Of a DNA stretch of 64,000 nt, positions 24,291-37,620 are shown one piece after another (the stretch's first letter is position 1; each line of letters begins with the position of its first letter). Origin of the DNA: Raillietiella orientalis (taxonomy: Eukaryota); contig JAYWIR010000033.1 of the NCBI GenBank assembly GCA_036172245.1, forward strand, positions 1,240,001 to 1,304,000. Direction: 5' to 3'. The translations under genes were made by a program, and so were the position numbers. The notes beneath the pieces were generated by a model. The model saw nothing but the letters and a program-made list of their open reading frames with translations. It did not search any database and was not told the DNA's origin.

Positions 24291-26779
24291 CCGTCAATCC
24301 GGGGCGAGAAGGTCTATATCCACCCCACCCCCCCATCCCCCATTCGTGCTACCACATGCGGGCGGTGGAATCGGCGTGCATCGCAGGTACAGTAAGTCAC
24401 AAAGCTCGGAAGAACCTCTCCATCTCCCAAGCACGCTTCTCGGAGGGAGAAAAGCGAGAGCGGGATTGTCAGGGGCAACCACCTCCTTGTTGCGGGCGCA
24501 GTGGACAAGCTGAAGGCGCAAGCGTGGGATTCTCATTTTCTCAGAAACTCTGGTCGATCGAGATCTCTGGAATGCGCTCTCCAGGCGAGGGGCTTCTAAG
24601 CTCCGGGACGTCTTTCACCCGCGGATGGCGCCGTTCGCCTGAGAGAAGACGGTGAGGAGGTTTTCTCGACGATGCGCTCACGAAGCGATACCGGACTGAT
24701 GGCACTTCTGTTCCAGGAGGTCACGCGTGAAACCGTTCCCACCGTTCCCGTGGACGATGAATTTCCAGCTGTTCTCTCTCTCTCCCGGCAACAAAACGGC
24801 GTTCGGTTCCATTCTAAGTCGTCAGTGTGCTGCGGCCGTCCTCGAGGTAGACCCGAAGAGTGGTCGAGGAATTTGTCGGTGGCAGGCGGACGTAGCCGTT
24901 GCGGAGCCCGTGCCGGAGGATTCCCCAGTCTCATCGGCGTCCGCAAAGGAACATCTTCTGAGGTCACCGGTAGCTTCCCTTACGTGAATTCTGAAACCGT
25001 GAGGAACTGAAGAAACTGCAACTTCCCTTCGCTGCCGGGTGAATCCGAGCACCAGCCTCCGAGCTCCGGCAATCCTTGCAGTGGTCCTTTGGAGAGGAGC
25101 CGATCGCGTCCCATGGCTGTCACGGGAACCGCCGTGGCTCAGTGGTCTGTGATCACGGCTGCCCCTTGCCGTACTCCAAAGTCCAAAGTTTCCTTCGACC
25201 GGAGCACCCGTGGGAGAAAGACGCGCCATTGCTTAAGATTTGCAATTTTACAACACGTTACAGGAAGGGGGAACTCTTCGCATTCTTCCGCGATTCCTCA
25301 TTTGTCCATCCGGGGAGCTCGTCGCCCCCTCAGCCTGTTGCTTCCTCGTCTATTTGTCCCCCTTCTCGTGAGATCAGACTGCTGGGATTGTCCGGCTATA
25401 TGTGACTGTCGGTCCCTCGTGTGATGTGGGATGAGTAGATCTCGCTGGAATACCGGATGGACGAAACCACCATCCGGTATCTACTCATCTTCTTCGAGGG
25501 CTTCTTAGGAATTCCAAGATCCTGTAGCACTTTGTTACCCGTATCCCAGGCTCCCAAAGAGCCAACGACGAGAGAATGAACTCCGCATTGCTTCCTTTCT
25601 CTGCTTGGCTGGAGGGCCACTTCCTTGTACTTTTCCTGTTTCCTCCTCGTAGCTACGATGAACGCCTCTCCTCCAGCCTCTAACGGTCAGCAGATGTCCA
25701 GCACTATTGTTCGATGTCCTTTCTGCATAACTAGGTCCGATTTCAGAGAGAATGTGTCCCTGGAGCTCTCTGGTTAGTGAATACCAGACACCACTTTCTT
25801 TCATTAGCTGCGGCCTTGAGGATCATCTCTTGAGTCGCGTTGTGTCGCGCAATGACAGATGAAAGTGCCTTCTGCACCTGTTTTATATGCGAGAAAGCGT
25901 TTTGTCTTCCGTCCGGCAATGCCGATGCTCGGATTCTTCAGGCTTCATCCTGGGCTCAGACCCTTACTGGTAGAACGTTTGGTCAGGCTGCGTGGATGAA
26001 TCTGTAGTCCTGGAACCTCAGGTATCCTCCATTGGTAAGGATGAAGCCAGAAGCTAGCAATCTCTCCCTCTTCTTTGCAGCTCACTCTTGAACAAAAACA
26101 AATCCATCGCTCGGCCTCGCAGTCAGAACTGAGAGGGACATCTTCCCTCCTCTGCCTGAAGATATGTTGGTGATTCCCACTAGTGACAAGAACTCAGCAG
26201 TAAAAAAACTCCTCGTTGCCTTCAAACTTTCAAACTGATTCTTCAGGGAGGCGGGAGGCTCACTGAACGCGTTGCCTCCCAGCAGCTTTCGTATCCAGGA
26301 AATAGAATCCGTGTGAGACTTTTTTAGGGGGCCAAAAGCCTCTGAGGCTCACTGTTCGCATCTACCCTTCCTGAGGCGATCAAAGAGTTTCGCTGCCTTC
26401 TCTGCAGCGGAAATCCTCCCCTCGTCTCAGCGCCAGTAGCGCCACCGACCTGCGAACCTGAACTGCGTTCAGGGGAAGCGTTGGTTGGTCCAGATACCTC
26501 GGAGATTTCGTGAGATTTCATACCATCCTTCAAGGAGCTGAGCGTCACTTCGCGCCGTGCCCAGTGCGACCTGCGGAAGAGATGGCAGTGTCATCTTCCA
26601 TGGCAATGTCAGCTGCATTCTACCCCCCAGGCAAGCACCACCTCCTTCCGGCAGGAACCGGGTTCACTTGTTGCGTGCTTATTGTTCACTCTCACGAAGA
26701 ATTGTTTCGGCGTGACCTTTCCATCCAGGATTGATAGGTCACTTATTTAAAAAAAGTAAATAAAATTTATACAGCTAGG

Positions 26780-27400
26780 GAAGGATCAACACGTGCAAGC
26801 CACGCCACCTTAGCTGGAGATAGGAGTAGAGAGGAGTAAGGGGAGAAAGAAAAGGACCCATTAATAAATAAAGAAATGGGGAATGGGATCGATTGAGCCA
26901 ACGACAACCCCACGATGATGAATTCCATTCCAGAAGGTCAGCATGCATTTTGGCTCTACCAGGTGAGGACGGCCGTACTCTTCTTTCATTTAGAAGATCA
27001 CAGCTGCACGCACGTGGCAGCCAGTGCCAGTACCGAAGCACCCGGTTGCAGCTTGCAGATGCGTGCCAGTCTTCCCTGAGACCGGTTTCAGGGTAACAGC
27101 AGCATTCCGAATGCGAGGAAAGCGCTCCCACCACTCAACAAACCTCCTTCCCTCATTACGTCAGCATACGCGGCATGGTTCCTACCATCCTGCAGTGCGC
27201 ACGCGCACCTCTTGGGCGCCCTCCCGGCGTGGTCGCGTTCCCATCACGCGCGTGGGAGCCGAGTGCATAAGCAAGACGGCAACGCTGAGGGAGGATGGAA
27301 GCTTCCACGAAGAAGCTCGAGATCTTACAGTTGCCAGGAAGGATGCCAAGAAACTCCATGTGACCCGCGGTATGACCCGTTGTAAAGAACCATACAGCAA
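26780..27400 (-). mobile_element. L1/Tx1-like 3' fragment; same family as 44030-44720
   Basis: Clear nucleotide homology, e.g. 27073 tccctgagaccggtttcagggtaacagcagcattccgaat vs 44394 tccctgagaccggtttccgggtagcagcagcatcccgaat; similar 3'UTR-like tails. Confidence 0.7.
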
Positions 27401-27559
27401 AGCGAAGTGTAGCAACTCCTGATAGAGGAACATGATGATCAGGGGATACATTATATGCCTCTTCGGGTCGATAGGTGACTCCGGACATCTCCATACTAGA
27501 GAGGACTACGTGCCATTCGCAAAGCGCAAGCTCTGCATTCTCTCCATCTCCTGTTTATC

Positions 27560-28850
27560 CTAGAGCTCACTGGAAAATATAGGAAGGTCACCGTAAACTC
27601 CTGGAAAATACAGCGTCCCATTTCCAGCAACGTCGACTCCGGGAGTGGGACGAACGCGGTTTTCCAACCGTTGAGTGAGGAGTCTTCAGTCCCAAATCGA
27701 AAGGCACAACTCCTCGATCCACTAAGCAGAGAAGGCGGCACATGCAAGATGGGCAACCAACGGGAGCTGGGCGCAGACTGGCCTCTAAAACTTGACCTCT
27801 CCCTAGGAAAAAAGAGCCGCCGCATTACAACCGGGCGCATCCCGTCCATTCCAAAGCACGCCGGCACAGCGTTCACGGAGGCGAACGAAGGAGAAGTGGG
27901 CGAACATGGAAGACCATGCGTTCCGCCCTTTCACCTTCTAGGGGAATCCGAGCGCGGCTTTGTGCGTTTCTCTTCGGCTGGCTGAGGCCCTGCATCGCCG
28001 AGAGCGGCGATGTTTTCCAAGAGCGGGGGGATTCCCACACACCATCTCGTGAAGCTGGTGGTGCTCATCGGCCTACATTCGGCACGGGCGGGGACAGCCA
28101 CCAGATGGAAGCGCCCACCCCCGAAAGGACCGGCACGGCCGAAGGACCGGAAGACAACGCGCGCCGCCATCAGCTGCGCGCATGACGCCGGAAGCTGCCG
28201 CCACCGCTGGAGAAACGAGGCCACTGGGCGGCTGGAAGACGAGCGAGCTGACAGACGCCGCCACAGCTGGTGATTGTGCGAAGGGACTGTTGTGGTGGAG
28301 CCAACTGCTCACTCAGCGTGCCCTCAAAGAGCTTGTAGTCCCACCCTCGTGAGTAGACACTTCTGTGTTTCCCCTTCCGCGGAAGAAGGATGTGCTTTTG
28401 CTGTTGCGTTGGCGTTCCCATTGCAATCAGCGCGCGCACCTCGCTTCCGGGGGAGTTGCCTCCCCGAGCTGTGGAAGGTGCGGAGCAGCGGAATCTCTCT
28501 CGCACATACTCTTCGACTGCGATGCTCTCCAAGAACTGTGGCAGAGGCTGTCTTCAGAGCTCCTGCACCAGGTAGACATCGCCATCAGTGGACGCGCGGT
28601 GGCCTCTCGCTAGGTGAGGTCATCGCAAAGATCTGATGCATCTGAGCCGTCGTCATGGCGCACCACGTGTTGGAGTCACGAGGTTACAGGGATTGCGGCC
28701 TCCAACAGGAGGATAGCTGCCACGTTACCTCGGCTCAGGGAAGAAGTCAGGAAGGAGATCGCTGGTATTCAACGCAGGTTCTGAGAAGAAGGAACGGCTG
28801 AAGCCAAACACCTCTGTCCTTCCCCATGTCTTCTTTTTGTATTTTTTCAT
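27560..28850 (+). mobile_element. Decayed L1/Tx1-like ORF2 3' part with CCHC zinc knuckle
   Basis: ORF 28365-28613 contains CGRCGAAESLSHILFDCDALQELW (C-x2-C...E.x.H...C...W); T-rich tail at about 28830-28850. Confidence 0.7.
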
Positions 28851-29647
28851 ATGTTGATGGTCCCCGCCCTCCCGTTCTCGACTTTTAGGGTGTCCTACCT
28901 GAGTGCCGAAGAATCCTCCTCTCGAACTGCTTTTCTCTTTGTCTGGGAACTTCGTTCCCTGATAGTTTGCTCATCTTTTTGGATAAACGCCCAGGCGCAA
29001 CCAGGTGGTAGACGACGCCAAAAGCCGAGCAAGGAGACCCAGTGAGATAGAGGGAAGGGAAGCTCCCTTGCCTCAGGAAAGGTTCGGGATTCGAATTAAA
29101 GAGGTGGAACGAAGGCACCACCTCAACAAGAAGCTCCCGCACTCCCGAGCACCCCTCTGCGAAGCCAACCTGCGGCGAGGAAGCTGTACAGACCGGCGAT
29201 GCGAGAACGAAAGCGCAATCTCGGTTCAAGGTCATAACGTGATTCAGGACCTGTGTTTGTTCTGTTGGCGTGGGATCTCTGCACAACTTCGGGCTGTTTG
29301 CTCGAGCTGCTTCTGTCTGTTGCAATGCCAGCGGTTTAAGTGGAGGATGGACCAACGTCTCCGTGAGACTCTTTAGTGCCTCAGGTAACACGAAAGATCG
29401 CTACTGTTGTCGGCTGTCCAAGTACAGCCTCTTTATAGACGAACTCATCTTGAAGAAAAATCACGGTGAGTGCTCAGTAAAAGGATCTTCTGATCCTCTG
29501 TCCTGTGGTCTCGGCCTTGTCGCTGTTGAAGAATTCTCAAGAACTTTTCATATTTGAAGAAAGGCGAACACACGTGCAGGGAATGTGTAATTCATCACAC
29601 CAATACTCCTGAGAGACATCACGTTTTCGTTCAATCCCGTGCTCTCT

Positions 29648-30307
29648 AGTCGATGCCTCTGTCGTCCTTCACCAGAACCAGAAGAACACCATCTTGCTGG
29701 TGCACTTGAGGAAGCCGCCACTCCTCAGCGGGGAGAGTGTCCAAGGGATGTCCTCACTCGAGAAGGCGGAGACACCCCCGCATGTGCTGCTGGAATGCAG
29801 GATGCTGCGTCGGCTGAGGCGTTACGGTTCAACGATCGCCTCCCCAGAAGACCACTTTAGAGAGAAGTGGACGTCTCTCTAAAGTGGTCTGCCGGTCGCA
29901 TCATCTGCCACGTGCGAGCCGCGAGGACTGTGAGAGTGGATGAGGAATGCTGCCGATACCCTGGTGAGTCGCTTGCCATCACCATCGCCTTGCATGCGAA
30001 GTGTGGTGGAACGGTCCAATGTGGGAGGCGAGGCACGGGAGAGCCTTCCAACGTTTGTGGGCAGACTGACCCCAAACTGGTGAGCCGTTCACTCCCTTCC
30101 CTTCACGATGCAGGGTCTAGGGAATCAGATGGGGCACTCTGAGGCCAATGCACCCCATTGTATTTACCTATTTATTGCTCCTCGCTTTTCTTTCTCCGCT
30201 CCTCCCTCGTCGTGTTTTCTGCGAGAGTTCAACCCTTTTGGTTTCGGGAAGACGTATGTCGGTCTCCGGATGTTTTGTTTCGGTTTATTTATTTATTTGA
30301 AATAAAC
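29648..30307 (+). mobile_element. Non-LTR (L1/Tx1-like) 3' fragment ending in a (TTTA)n tail; same family as 63323-64000
   Basis: ETPPHVLLECRML zinc-knuckle remnant; ends tgttttgtttcggtttatttatttatt; colinear nucleotide similarity to 63323-64000. Confidence 0.7.
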
Positions 30308-30399
30308 ACTCCAGTCATCCGGGATGAGAAGGTCACGCCAGGGGTGTCCGTTCTAAAAATAAGCACCCAAAAAACGGCAGGATATTGCATCCCACCGAG

Positions 30400-33300
30400 T
30401 TGAACAATCCTTGGTGGAGTGCTGACGAGGTTCATAGACGGAGCAGAGGAGAGTAGGCGAAGATGACAAGAAAATGAAAGAAAAAAAAAGGGAATAGACA
30501 AGGGCGATTGTTCTTATGGATGAGAGGCAACGGGAGAACCACTGCTGGATCTGTTGAATCATTTACATCCAAGGCAAGGTGCCCACAATCCCCCCAAATG
30601 GCGTTCCAGGTGGGACTATCTCGCCGCGAATCCGCAGGAGGCAGGTTGCCAAGTGAACGGCTTTCATGCCGTTACGTCCTCTCTTGGACTCTGAACCAGC
30701 AGCGATGACAACGCGCAGGCTGCAGAGCTCTGCGGTTGTGGGCGCAGCTGGCGGCATGGCACTCCACACAAAGAAGGAATCCAGAGCAACGCTGGGGTTG
30801 TCCACGGGGATGCGAGAGGGACCGTGAAGAAACGTTCCCACAATCCCCAGAGGGCAGCTCAGTGCCACCCACGTGGCTCCTGTAGCGCGCGCAACACGGG
30901 AGCTTCCCATGCAACTTCAGCAGCGTCGAATGCTGCCACTTGAGGTAAAGGGGGGACCTGTCGGTCGCCACTGAGGCCACCTCCAGCTCACCGGCTGGAA
31001 TGCTGAAGAGAGCAGTTCAGAAAAGAAGTCCTTTGGAAGAGGCCTTTGGTCTTTGGTAAGGGATCAGAGGACGGTTCGGAGGGCACATAGAGAAGTCCTC
31101 GAAAGTGGATGCTGAACCTGTATTCTCTCTGATCTCATCTCTGGCATCGGAAGGTATCCAGATAAGTCGTTTCTGCTGCAGGAAACTTCGATCGGCAAGG
31201 CAGAATCTTCAGACGACTTCCTTACCTCCAGAGCGAAAACAGGAACCGAGACGTGAGCACCCACATCTTCAGCAGGCTTCGGGGTTCCTTCGAAACGCAG
31301 AATGAGAAAAAAGGAAAAATACTGCATGTCTTTTGGTGCAGGCACAGCGAGCTTCTGATCAGGGAACCGCCGACTGCCGATCGCACTGAGGTCCGACAAA
31401 GGTTTTCTTCTCTTTTGAACACTCCCTGGAGCAAAAACGAATCCCGCGCACTTCCAGAAGCGGGAGACGGAAGGGAAAGCATTGGATTCTGGGATCAACC
31501 TGTAGACCTCGAAGGCTGCCTCCGGGAAGGGAGGAAGAATCGGTCGCTCAGGAAGAGGGACCTCCCCAGGGAATTGCTTGTACGGACTCCTGGGACAGCG
31601 GAACGTCGACTTTTTGAAGGGAAGCGGTGGGTGAGAATGAGGAAGTTGATTCGTTCGTATAACGGCCTTTCCTCTCTTTCCAGGAGGCAGTGCGGGAGGA
31701 AAAATGATAGCATCTGGAAATAGGAAAAGTGCTGCCGCACACGCGCAAGCTGTGGCAGAGTCCTTCTGGGAGCAGCAAAGGAGACACTGGCAGAAGAAGA
31801 CTGCGTCAAGGAGGCAGCTGCTGTCTTCGGCCCGGAGATCGCATGATGAGCATCCAGCCCCATCCGCGGAAAAGATGAGAGGAGCCTCCGCTCGCTTCTC
31901 GGGAAGCCCTCCGATATTTTCTCCAGGAGGATTCAATTGGCACCCAGATGTCCTCCGGATCCTGCTGGAGAACCGAGGGGAACGAAAGATGCGCAACACT
32001 GCAAGTAGGATCGCAATTTATCTCTTGCATCTGTACCGGAAGGTTCTCAGCAGGAAAGTCGCTCATGGACCTCGCCACTCCGCTCACATCCCCGATAGCA
32101 TTTGCTCTGCACGCCTTCGCGAGGGTCCAGACTCCACGCTCCTCTCCCGAATCCTTGCTTCTCCTTCCACCCTCCGTCTCCGTCTCATTCGGGACACTCC
32201 AGGAAGGAGATGTGGTCGGGTTCCGAACTTCCGTTTTAATGACGAAAGGGGAGAAGGTGCTGCTGCGAGTGTCGGAGGTGGGAGAGTTACCATGGGGACA
32301 GCCGACCGCCCTCCGCGCAGGAGTCGGGAGATGCAGGAATTCCCCTTCCCCTCTTCTTCTCCTGCTCCTTCTTTCCACCTTCCCTTTTGCTTTTTCATTC
32401 CCGTGGTCTTTCTCGTGCTGCTCTGAGCGTCGTCCTCTCAAAACGGACCCAGGCTCCTCCCCAGCATCGGAATGCAGCAGCGGGTCTAGGTGGGCCAGCG
32501 CATTTTCCCGTCTTCTCAAAGTGACGTGCGTCTTTCGACTGACCACAGGAAGGAGGAAGGTCAAAACTTCCTGACCTTCCCGGATAGGGGGCAAGGGCAA
32601 GAGTCGCGACCACAGCTCCCCTATGGACCAAAAGCGAGTCACGCTCACTTCACTCCTCCCTACTTCTGAGCCCGAGGAAAGAATTCTGTGGAGGAGAAAC
32701 CAGTCAGCAGCTTGACAGGTCAGCTGGTAGCCACTGAGAAAGGCCTGATGGAAATGCAGGATCACAGGGGACAGGTGGAACGACCTTCCCTCCACTATCC
32801 TTCCTTTCTCCCTTCCTTTTTCCCTACCAACCCTGTTTCCTTGACAACAACAAGGAAAAGGGATGCGCAAGAAAAAAACAAGAAAACAAAAGGCGTCTTC
32901 TCCTTGCAATGGTTCCAGGCGCTCCTGATCGGGGCCTCGTCGGACGGCAGTGCGCGGTGGAACTCGCGAGATATCGCTGCCGCAGTACTGCGAAGGAGTC
33001 TCCAAAGGGACCACAGAGACCTTTCCTTCCTCCTCGTATCGATCGGAAGGGCACGCGGAGCGGCTTTTTCCCTCCAGGAGGACGGAGAGAGGAAGGCAGA
33101 GAGCGCTGCTCGGGATAGATCGCAGGACGAGGGACTGCGGTCCCTCTTCCGACTTCCTTGGACCACGCCTATCCTGGATTTTTTGCTCCGGGTAGCCGGC
33201 AGAGCCTCTCCCGGGAACTCTGCGCCGGCGGGAAGGGAAGGGAAGGAGGGGGGAGGAAGTGGAAATCGTCTCTCGTCTCTCCTCCGGGAAAACTTTCCCG

Positions 33301-34330
33301 AACGACGGGAGCGCTTCCTTCCGGCGCTTCTCCTGATCGATCGATGCGAAGAACTTCCCTACTCTTTTTTCTTTTTTTTTCTCGGTTCCCGAAACAAGAA
33401 AGCATCCTCGGGGACGTCATGCCCGAGAGCTTCCAGTCTTCCGGAGCGCTGCGCGAGCACGGCTTTCTCTTACCCGGCTGCAGATGCGCAGCTTCCGCGA
33501 AACGGCAGCGGAGATCCGATTTTCCGGGAGCATCTCAAGTGCGCGTCCCGACGCGATTCCGTCGGGGAGAAGGAAAAAAGGAAAGCCAGTGGTATGCCAT
33601 CCATACAAGGAGTGTGTCAATAGGAATCCCAACCGTGCCCCTGCAAGTGAGGGAGAGACTGCAGCAGAGGCTGAGAAGCAGCAGGAACTTCCCGCTCTTG
33701 CAGCCTGGAGCAAGAAAGAGAGCGGTCGGGATGGGCACCTGCCGGCGCCCACCCGTACGCCTACAGAATGGACAGCAAGCAGGGCAGGCATCCGAGGCGC
33801 TGCAGTCACCGCCGATTCCATCGAGCTGGCGGAAGGACGTGGCTCTGGTGGAGGAAGGCGCTCCAGAAGGAGAAGTGGGGCACCTCCCGCGGGGCACGCG
33901 TGCGGTTCCCCAAAACACGCCGTCCAGCGCGGGCGAAGGGAGCGTCCTCCGTTCGCTCCTCGCGGCACGACTGTGGGCGAAGGAGGAGCAGGGCGCTTCG
34001 ATCGAGCAGCACCCTCAGAGTGCAGCGCCCGTCCCGCCTCTCAAGCGTTCCCGTCACTCCTGGACCGGCTGCGCGGCTGCATCCTTCGCGCCGGGCGTTT
34101 CGGAGAGTCTGAAAAGCCCGGCGCGAGGATGGCGAGCGCCGAAGGCGGCGGTGGATGAAGAACAGGGAAAAAAGAGCAACGGATAAGACACCCTTGCGAT
34201 TCTTCACCTCCCCTCCTTCTTTCCCCTTCTCCGTCTCTTCTCCCCATCCTTATCCTCATTCCTTCCCCCTCCTTTACCTATTTCGTTGCTCCTAATCAAC
34301 CTTCATGCTTTGGCATCTTCATTTTTTTCC
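30400..34330 (+). mobile_element. Long, heavily frameshifted L1/Tx1-like ORF2 (EN remnant, RT, zinc knuckle, pyrimidine-rich 3'UTR)
   Basis: In order: KNRSLRKRDLPREL (cf. NKSPGPDGLPAEF), RIAIYLLHLYRKVLSR (cf. RPISLLNxDYKIL), RAGVGRCRNSPSPLLLLL (cf. RGVRQGCPLSPLLF), EGKEGGG (cf. PKxxGGLG), DCGR/ASIEQH/SEC (CCHC remnant). Confidence 0.6.
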
Positions 34331-34946
34331 TTCCTTCTTCCTTTGCCTACCAGGGATTTGTTCCCCTTCGGGAGAAGGCCATTGCTTAAAGTGAACGGAG
34401 GTCGAGATGAAGCTGATGGTAGGCCACAAGGAAGGTCGAGGAGAAGGAATTGAGGATAAGGATAGCGAGCAGCAACGGAGGAGGAGGAGGAAATGAGGAT
34501 AAGAAAAGGGAGAGGCGACAGAGGAGATGAAGGAGGAAAGAACGAGGGTAAGGATGGGGAAAGAAGGAGGGGAGGTGAAGAATCGCAAGGGTGTCTCATC
34601 CGTTGCTCTTTTTTCCCTGTTCTTCATCCACCGCCGCCTTCGGCGCTCGCCATCCTCGCGCCGGGCTTTTCAGACTCTCCGAAACGCCCGGCGCGAAGGA
34701 TGCAGCCGCGCAGCCGGTCCAGGAGTGACGGGAACGCTTGAGAGGCGGGACGGGCGCTGCACTCGGAGGGTGCTGCTCGATCGAAGCGCCCTGCTCCTCC
34801 TTCGCCCACAGTCGTGCCGCGAGGAGCGAACGGAGGACGCGCCCTTCGCCCGCGCTGGACGGCGTGTTTTGGGGAACCGCACGCGTGCCCCGCGGGAGGT
34901 GCCTCACTTCTCCTTCTGGAGCGCCTTCCTCCACCGGAGCCACGTC
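33836..34946. repeat. Long inverted repeat: ~391-bp arms (33836-34226 and 34556-34946) with a 329-bp spacer
   Basis: The right arm is the reverse complement of the left arm, with about 5 substitutions by manual comparison. The ORF track shows mirrored peptides (e.g. VEEGAPEGEV...QGKKSNG on both strands). Confidence 0.95.
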
Positions 34947-35850
34947 TTCCCGCTGGCGTAGTCCTCCCGCCGGAAATGCACGATCAGTCTGGCATCTCGC
35001 GCGGAAACTGCTGGATGAGCTGACATGGAAAAGAAACTTGTTTGGGGTGAGGAGAGTGGGAGGAATTCGTGAACCGCCTGCACTTGGAGAGGTTTCTTGA
35101 ACGATTCTGTTGAGAGCCGTCTTCAGAGCTCATCAATGACTCCGTGCATCTCGAATTCCATCGGACGGTTCCACGGAACCCATTCTTGGGGTTTGCTTTT
35201 CCAAAGCCCTTTCCGTGTTGGCCTGCTCGCAGTCATTCACCCACTTCACCGGGAAATGAGGAGGAACTTTCACCCACTTCCCTGGAGAGTCCTATCTGTC
35301 AGCGAATCGTCCTGTGGTGAAAGCCTGAGGTCTCGGGGCTGATAACCAGAGGTCGTTAGGTGGAGGCTCTGAAAGTGCTCAGATGGCTCTCCGGTCAGTA
35401 CTCCGAATAAGAAGCACAGTTTCGCGTCCGGCGAATGGGCGCCATCTACGTGCCGCAGGAGGAAGCACAACCGCGTGCTGATGTGGCACGTCTGCTCCAC
35501 TTGGAAAATGATGCTGAAACGGCACCTGCGGAACGTTCTCGAGAGGGAGGAAGTTTCCCGAGAATTCTCTTCCCCACCTGGAGATTCAGGAGACGGTCCT
35601 GGACAATGTGACATCCTCCTCTGGTTGTGCTCTCGTCTACGCGTACGGCGGCTCCTCTCGAATTCGAGCTTTTCCCACCGTGGAGCCAGCTCCAACCTCC
35701 AGCGCACCTGCTGGCACCTCATTTGCTGGCATCTCCCTTCTCGTTTTCCTCGTCTCCATCGTCTCCCTTGTGTTCCTCCTCTTCATCGACCTTGCAGCTG
35801 TCTTCTCCCTTCTGCTGCTTCGCTTCGCCACTTCTACCAGTGATGTCACA
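34300..35850 (-). mobile_element. Internally deleted L1/Tx1-like element, tail-to-tail with the 30400-34330 copy
   Basis: AP-endonuclease-like SNSRGAAVRV...VQDRLLNLQV at about 35580-35680, then the 3' arm and a pyrimidine-rich tail on the minus strand. Confidence 0.5.
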
Positions 35851-36899
35851 CTGCCGGCGTCCTTTGACTCGAATTTCTATGGCTGCAAAAGGTGAACCTT
35901 CTGGGCCAAAAAGGTCCACGTCCTCTGCGAAACACACATTCGTGTGCTCTTCGCAAACGTGCAAAAATCCTCTCCTGATTGGTGCGTGACGGGAAAAAGA
36001 CGAGAAAAATTTTATCTTTTCGTTCACTTGAGCGCCATAAATCTGGACCGCAGTGACAACTTGGAAGAATCTGCTTGCGAGAGATCGCATCCCAGTGGTC
36101 GTGCAGAGCAGCGCTGCTGCCGCCCGCTTGCGACGTCGGAATTTCGGAAGGTGCCACCACGAAAAGCAATCCGGTTCCAGCAGCTTCGAGGAGGAAAAAA
36201 CAACTCTGGTCTAGCGTGCGGAGTTTGACTCCCTTACGATTTTCCACGCTGGGTCCCATGGCAACGACCTTCAAAGCTTCATTGAGTCCCCCGAAACGGC
36301 ATTTCTTTGCCTTATTTATTTCACAGTACACAGGTTCGTCGTTACTCCCGACATACCGGGCTGAATTGCGCAGCCACTGCGTAGAATAATTCTATCAATT
36401 ACTGAATCGATCGAAAGGAAGAGACCAATTCCTTTTTACTTAAGCGGATCTGAAGAAACGCTCGCTGCAATAAGCTCTCTGTATTGGTTCATCGTCTAGG
36501 TCATCCTCTTAGGATGAAGACTTAGTTCAATGCGTCTGGTTCTTTCATTAAATGCTGACTGGATGTGCCTCCATATGCAGTTCTATCATGACAAATGAGT
36601 GCAGATTAAACAAAAAACAAAAAACTTAATCTACTCAGTTCTCTTTTGGTCTGTATCCTGGTCCTTCAGCCCTTGATGACATGACATCTCCAGATCACAA
36701 GAAGCCACGTCCCTATTATCCCTTATTTCACTGTTCTTTCAGCTCCTCTGCCTTTCACTCGCAGATCCCACCGTCCCCTTCAGTATGACTCAGTGCAGGT
36801 ATAAGTGCTGGGAAGGCTGTCTTAATCGAGGAACCGCCCGTGTCACCCCTCCCGAATGTAAAATATCGATTCCCACTCTAGGTCGTAGAACGAAGCAGA

Positions 36900-37620
36900 T
36901 GACACACCTGAAAGCATTCATTCGAGTGCGCGGTGCTGCTGCTTTTGGTCGTGAGCAAAACTGGATTCAAAAAATGTACCAGAAAACAAGTGAGGCAAAT
37001 CTCCTTTCTACGACTCTAAAGCTTCCACGCCGAAAAATGGGTGTTTCGTGCATTTTGAGTGCCCCCCGCCCGGATGACTCTGGTTGGCCTGAAGGCCGAG
37101 AGCGCGGCACTGGTGGAAGCTGACCCTCTGAGGTCCTTCCAGGAGTCAAAGAGTCTTTCGTTGTTCCCCTCCGGTTGTGCAGATGGAGCCGTCCATCGAT
37201 ACTCTTCCTCGAGAGTTACTTCTCCATTGTCACCCTCTCTTTTTGGCAATCCAGGTTACCTTCAGGAGGAAGAAAACCGTGCTTCTCATCATCCTGCTTT
37301 TGATTCAGCATTTCGGTATCCGCCGTGTGCAGCACTTGAGCTCCGCCTTCCACGGAACAGCCACAACTCTTGCAAGCAGCCACTTTATGTGAGCCGCCAG
37401 CCGTGGATTCCCCGCTCTGCCGATGGGCGCTCTTTTCGGTATCTCCGGTGGCATGTCAATGGAGCCATCGTTCGGAGAGGCTCAGCATTTCCGCTCCCAC
37501 TTCCTCCCACGTCTATGCCGCAGATACTCTTGCGGCCTTACTTGCAGCCAAGGAGGCAGGCTGCAAGCGGCAAACCAGGAAGATGGGATGCAATGGAATC
37601 CATTTGGAGGCTACGCCTGG
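36900..37620 (+). mobile_element. Possible decayed non-LTR RT fragment
   Basis: ORF 37059-37817 contains SPLSPSLF (cf. QGSPLSPxLF) and SFRYLRWHVNG (cf. FKYLG). Confidence 0.35.

Noticed and set aside
25350..26740. Possible additional minus-strand L1 relic
   Set aside because: Motif matches (SYEEETGKV, KVLQDLGI) are too weak to call.
31064..34186. Long overlapping ORFs of 300-400 aa on both strands as host genes
   Set aside because: Low-complexity R/S/P/G-rich translations; the retroelement motifs are split across frames, indicating a decayed ORF2.
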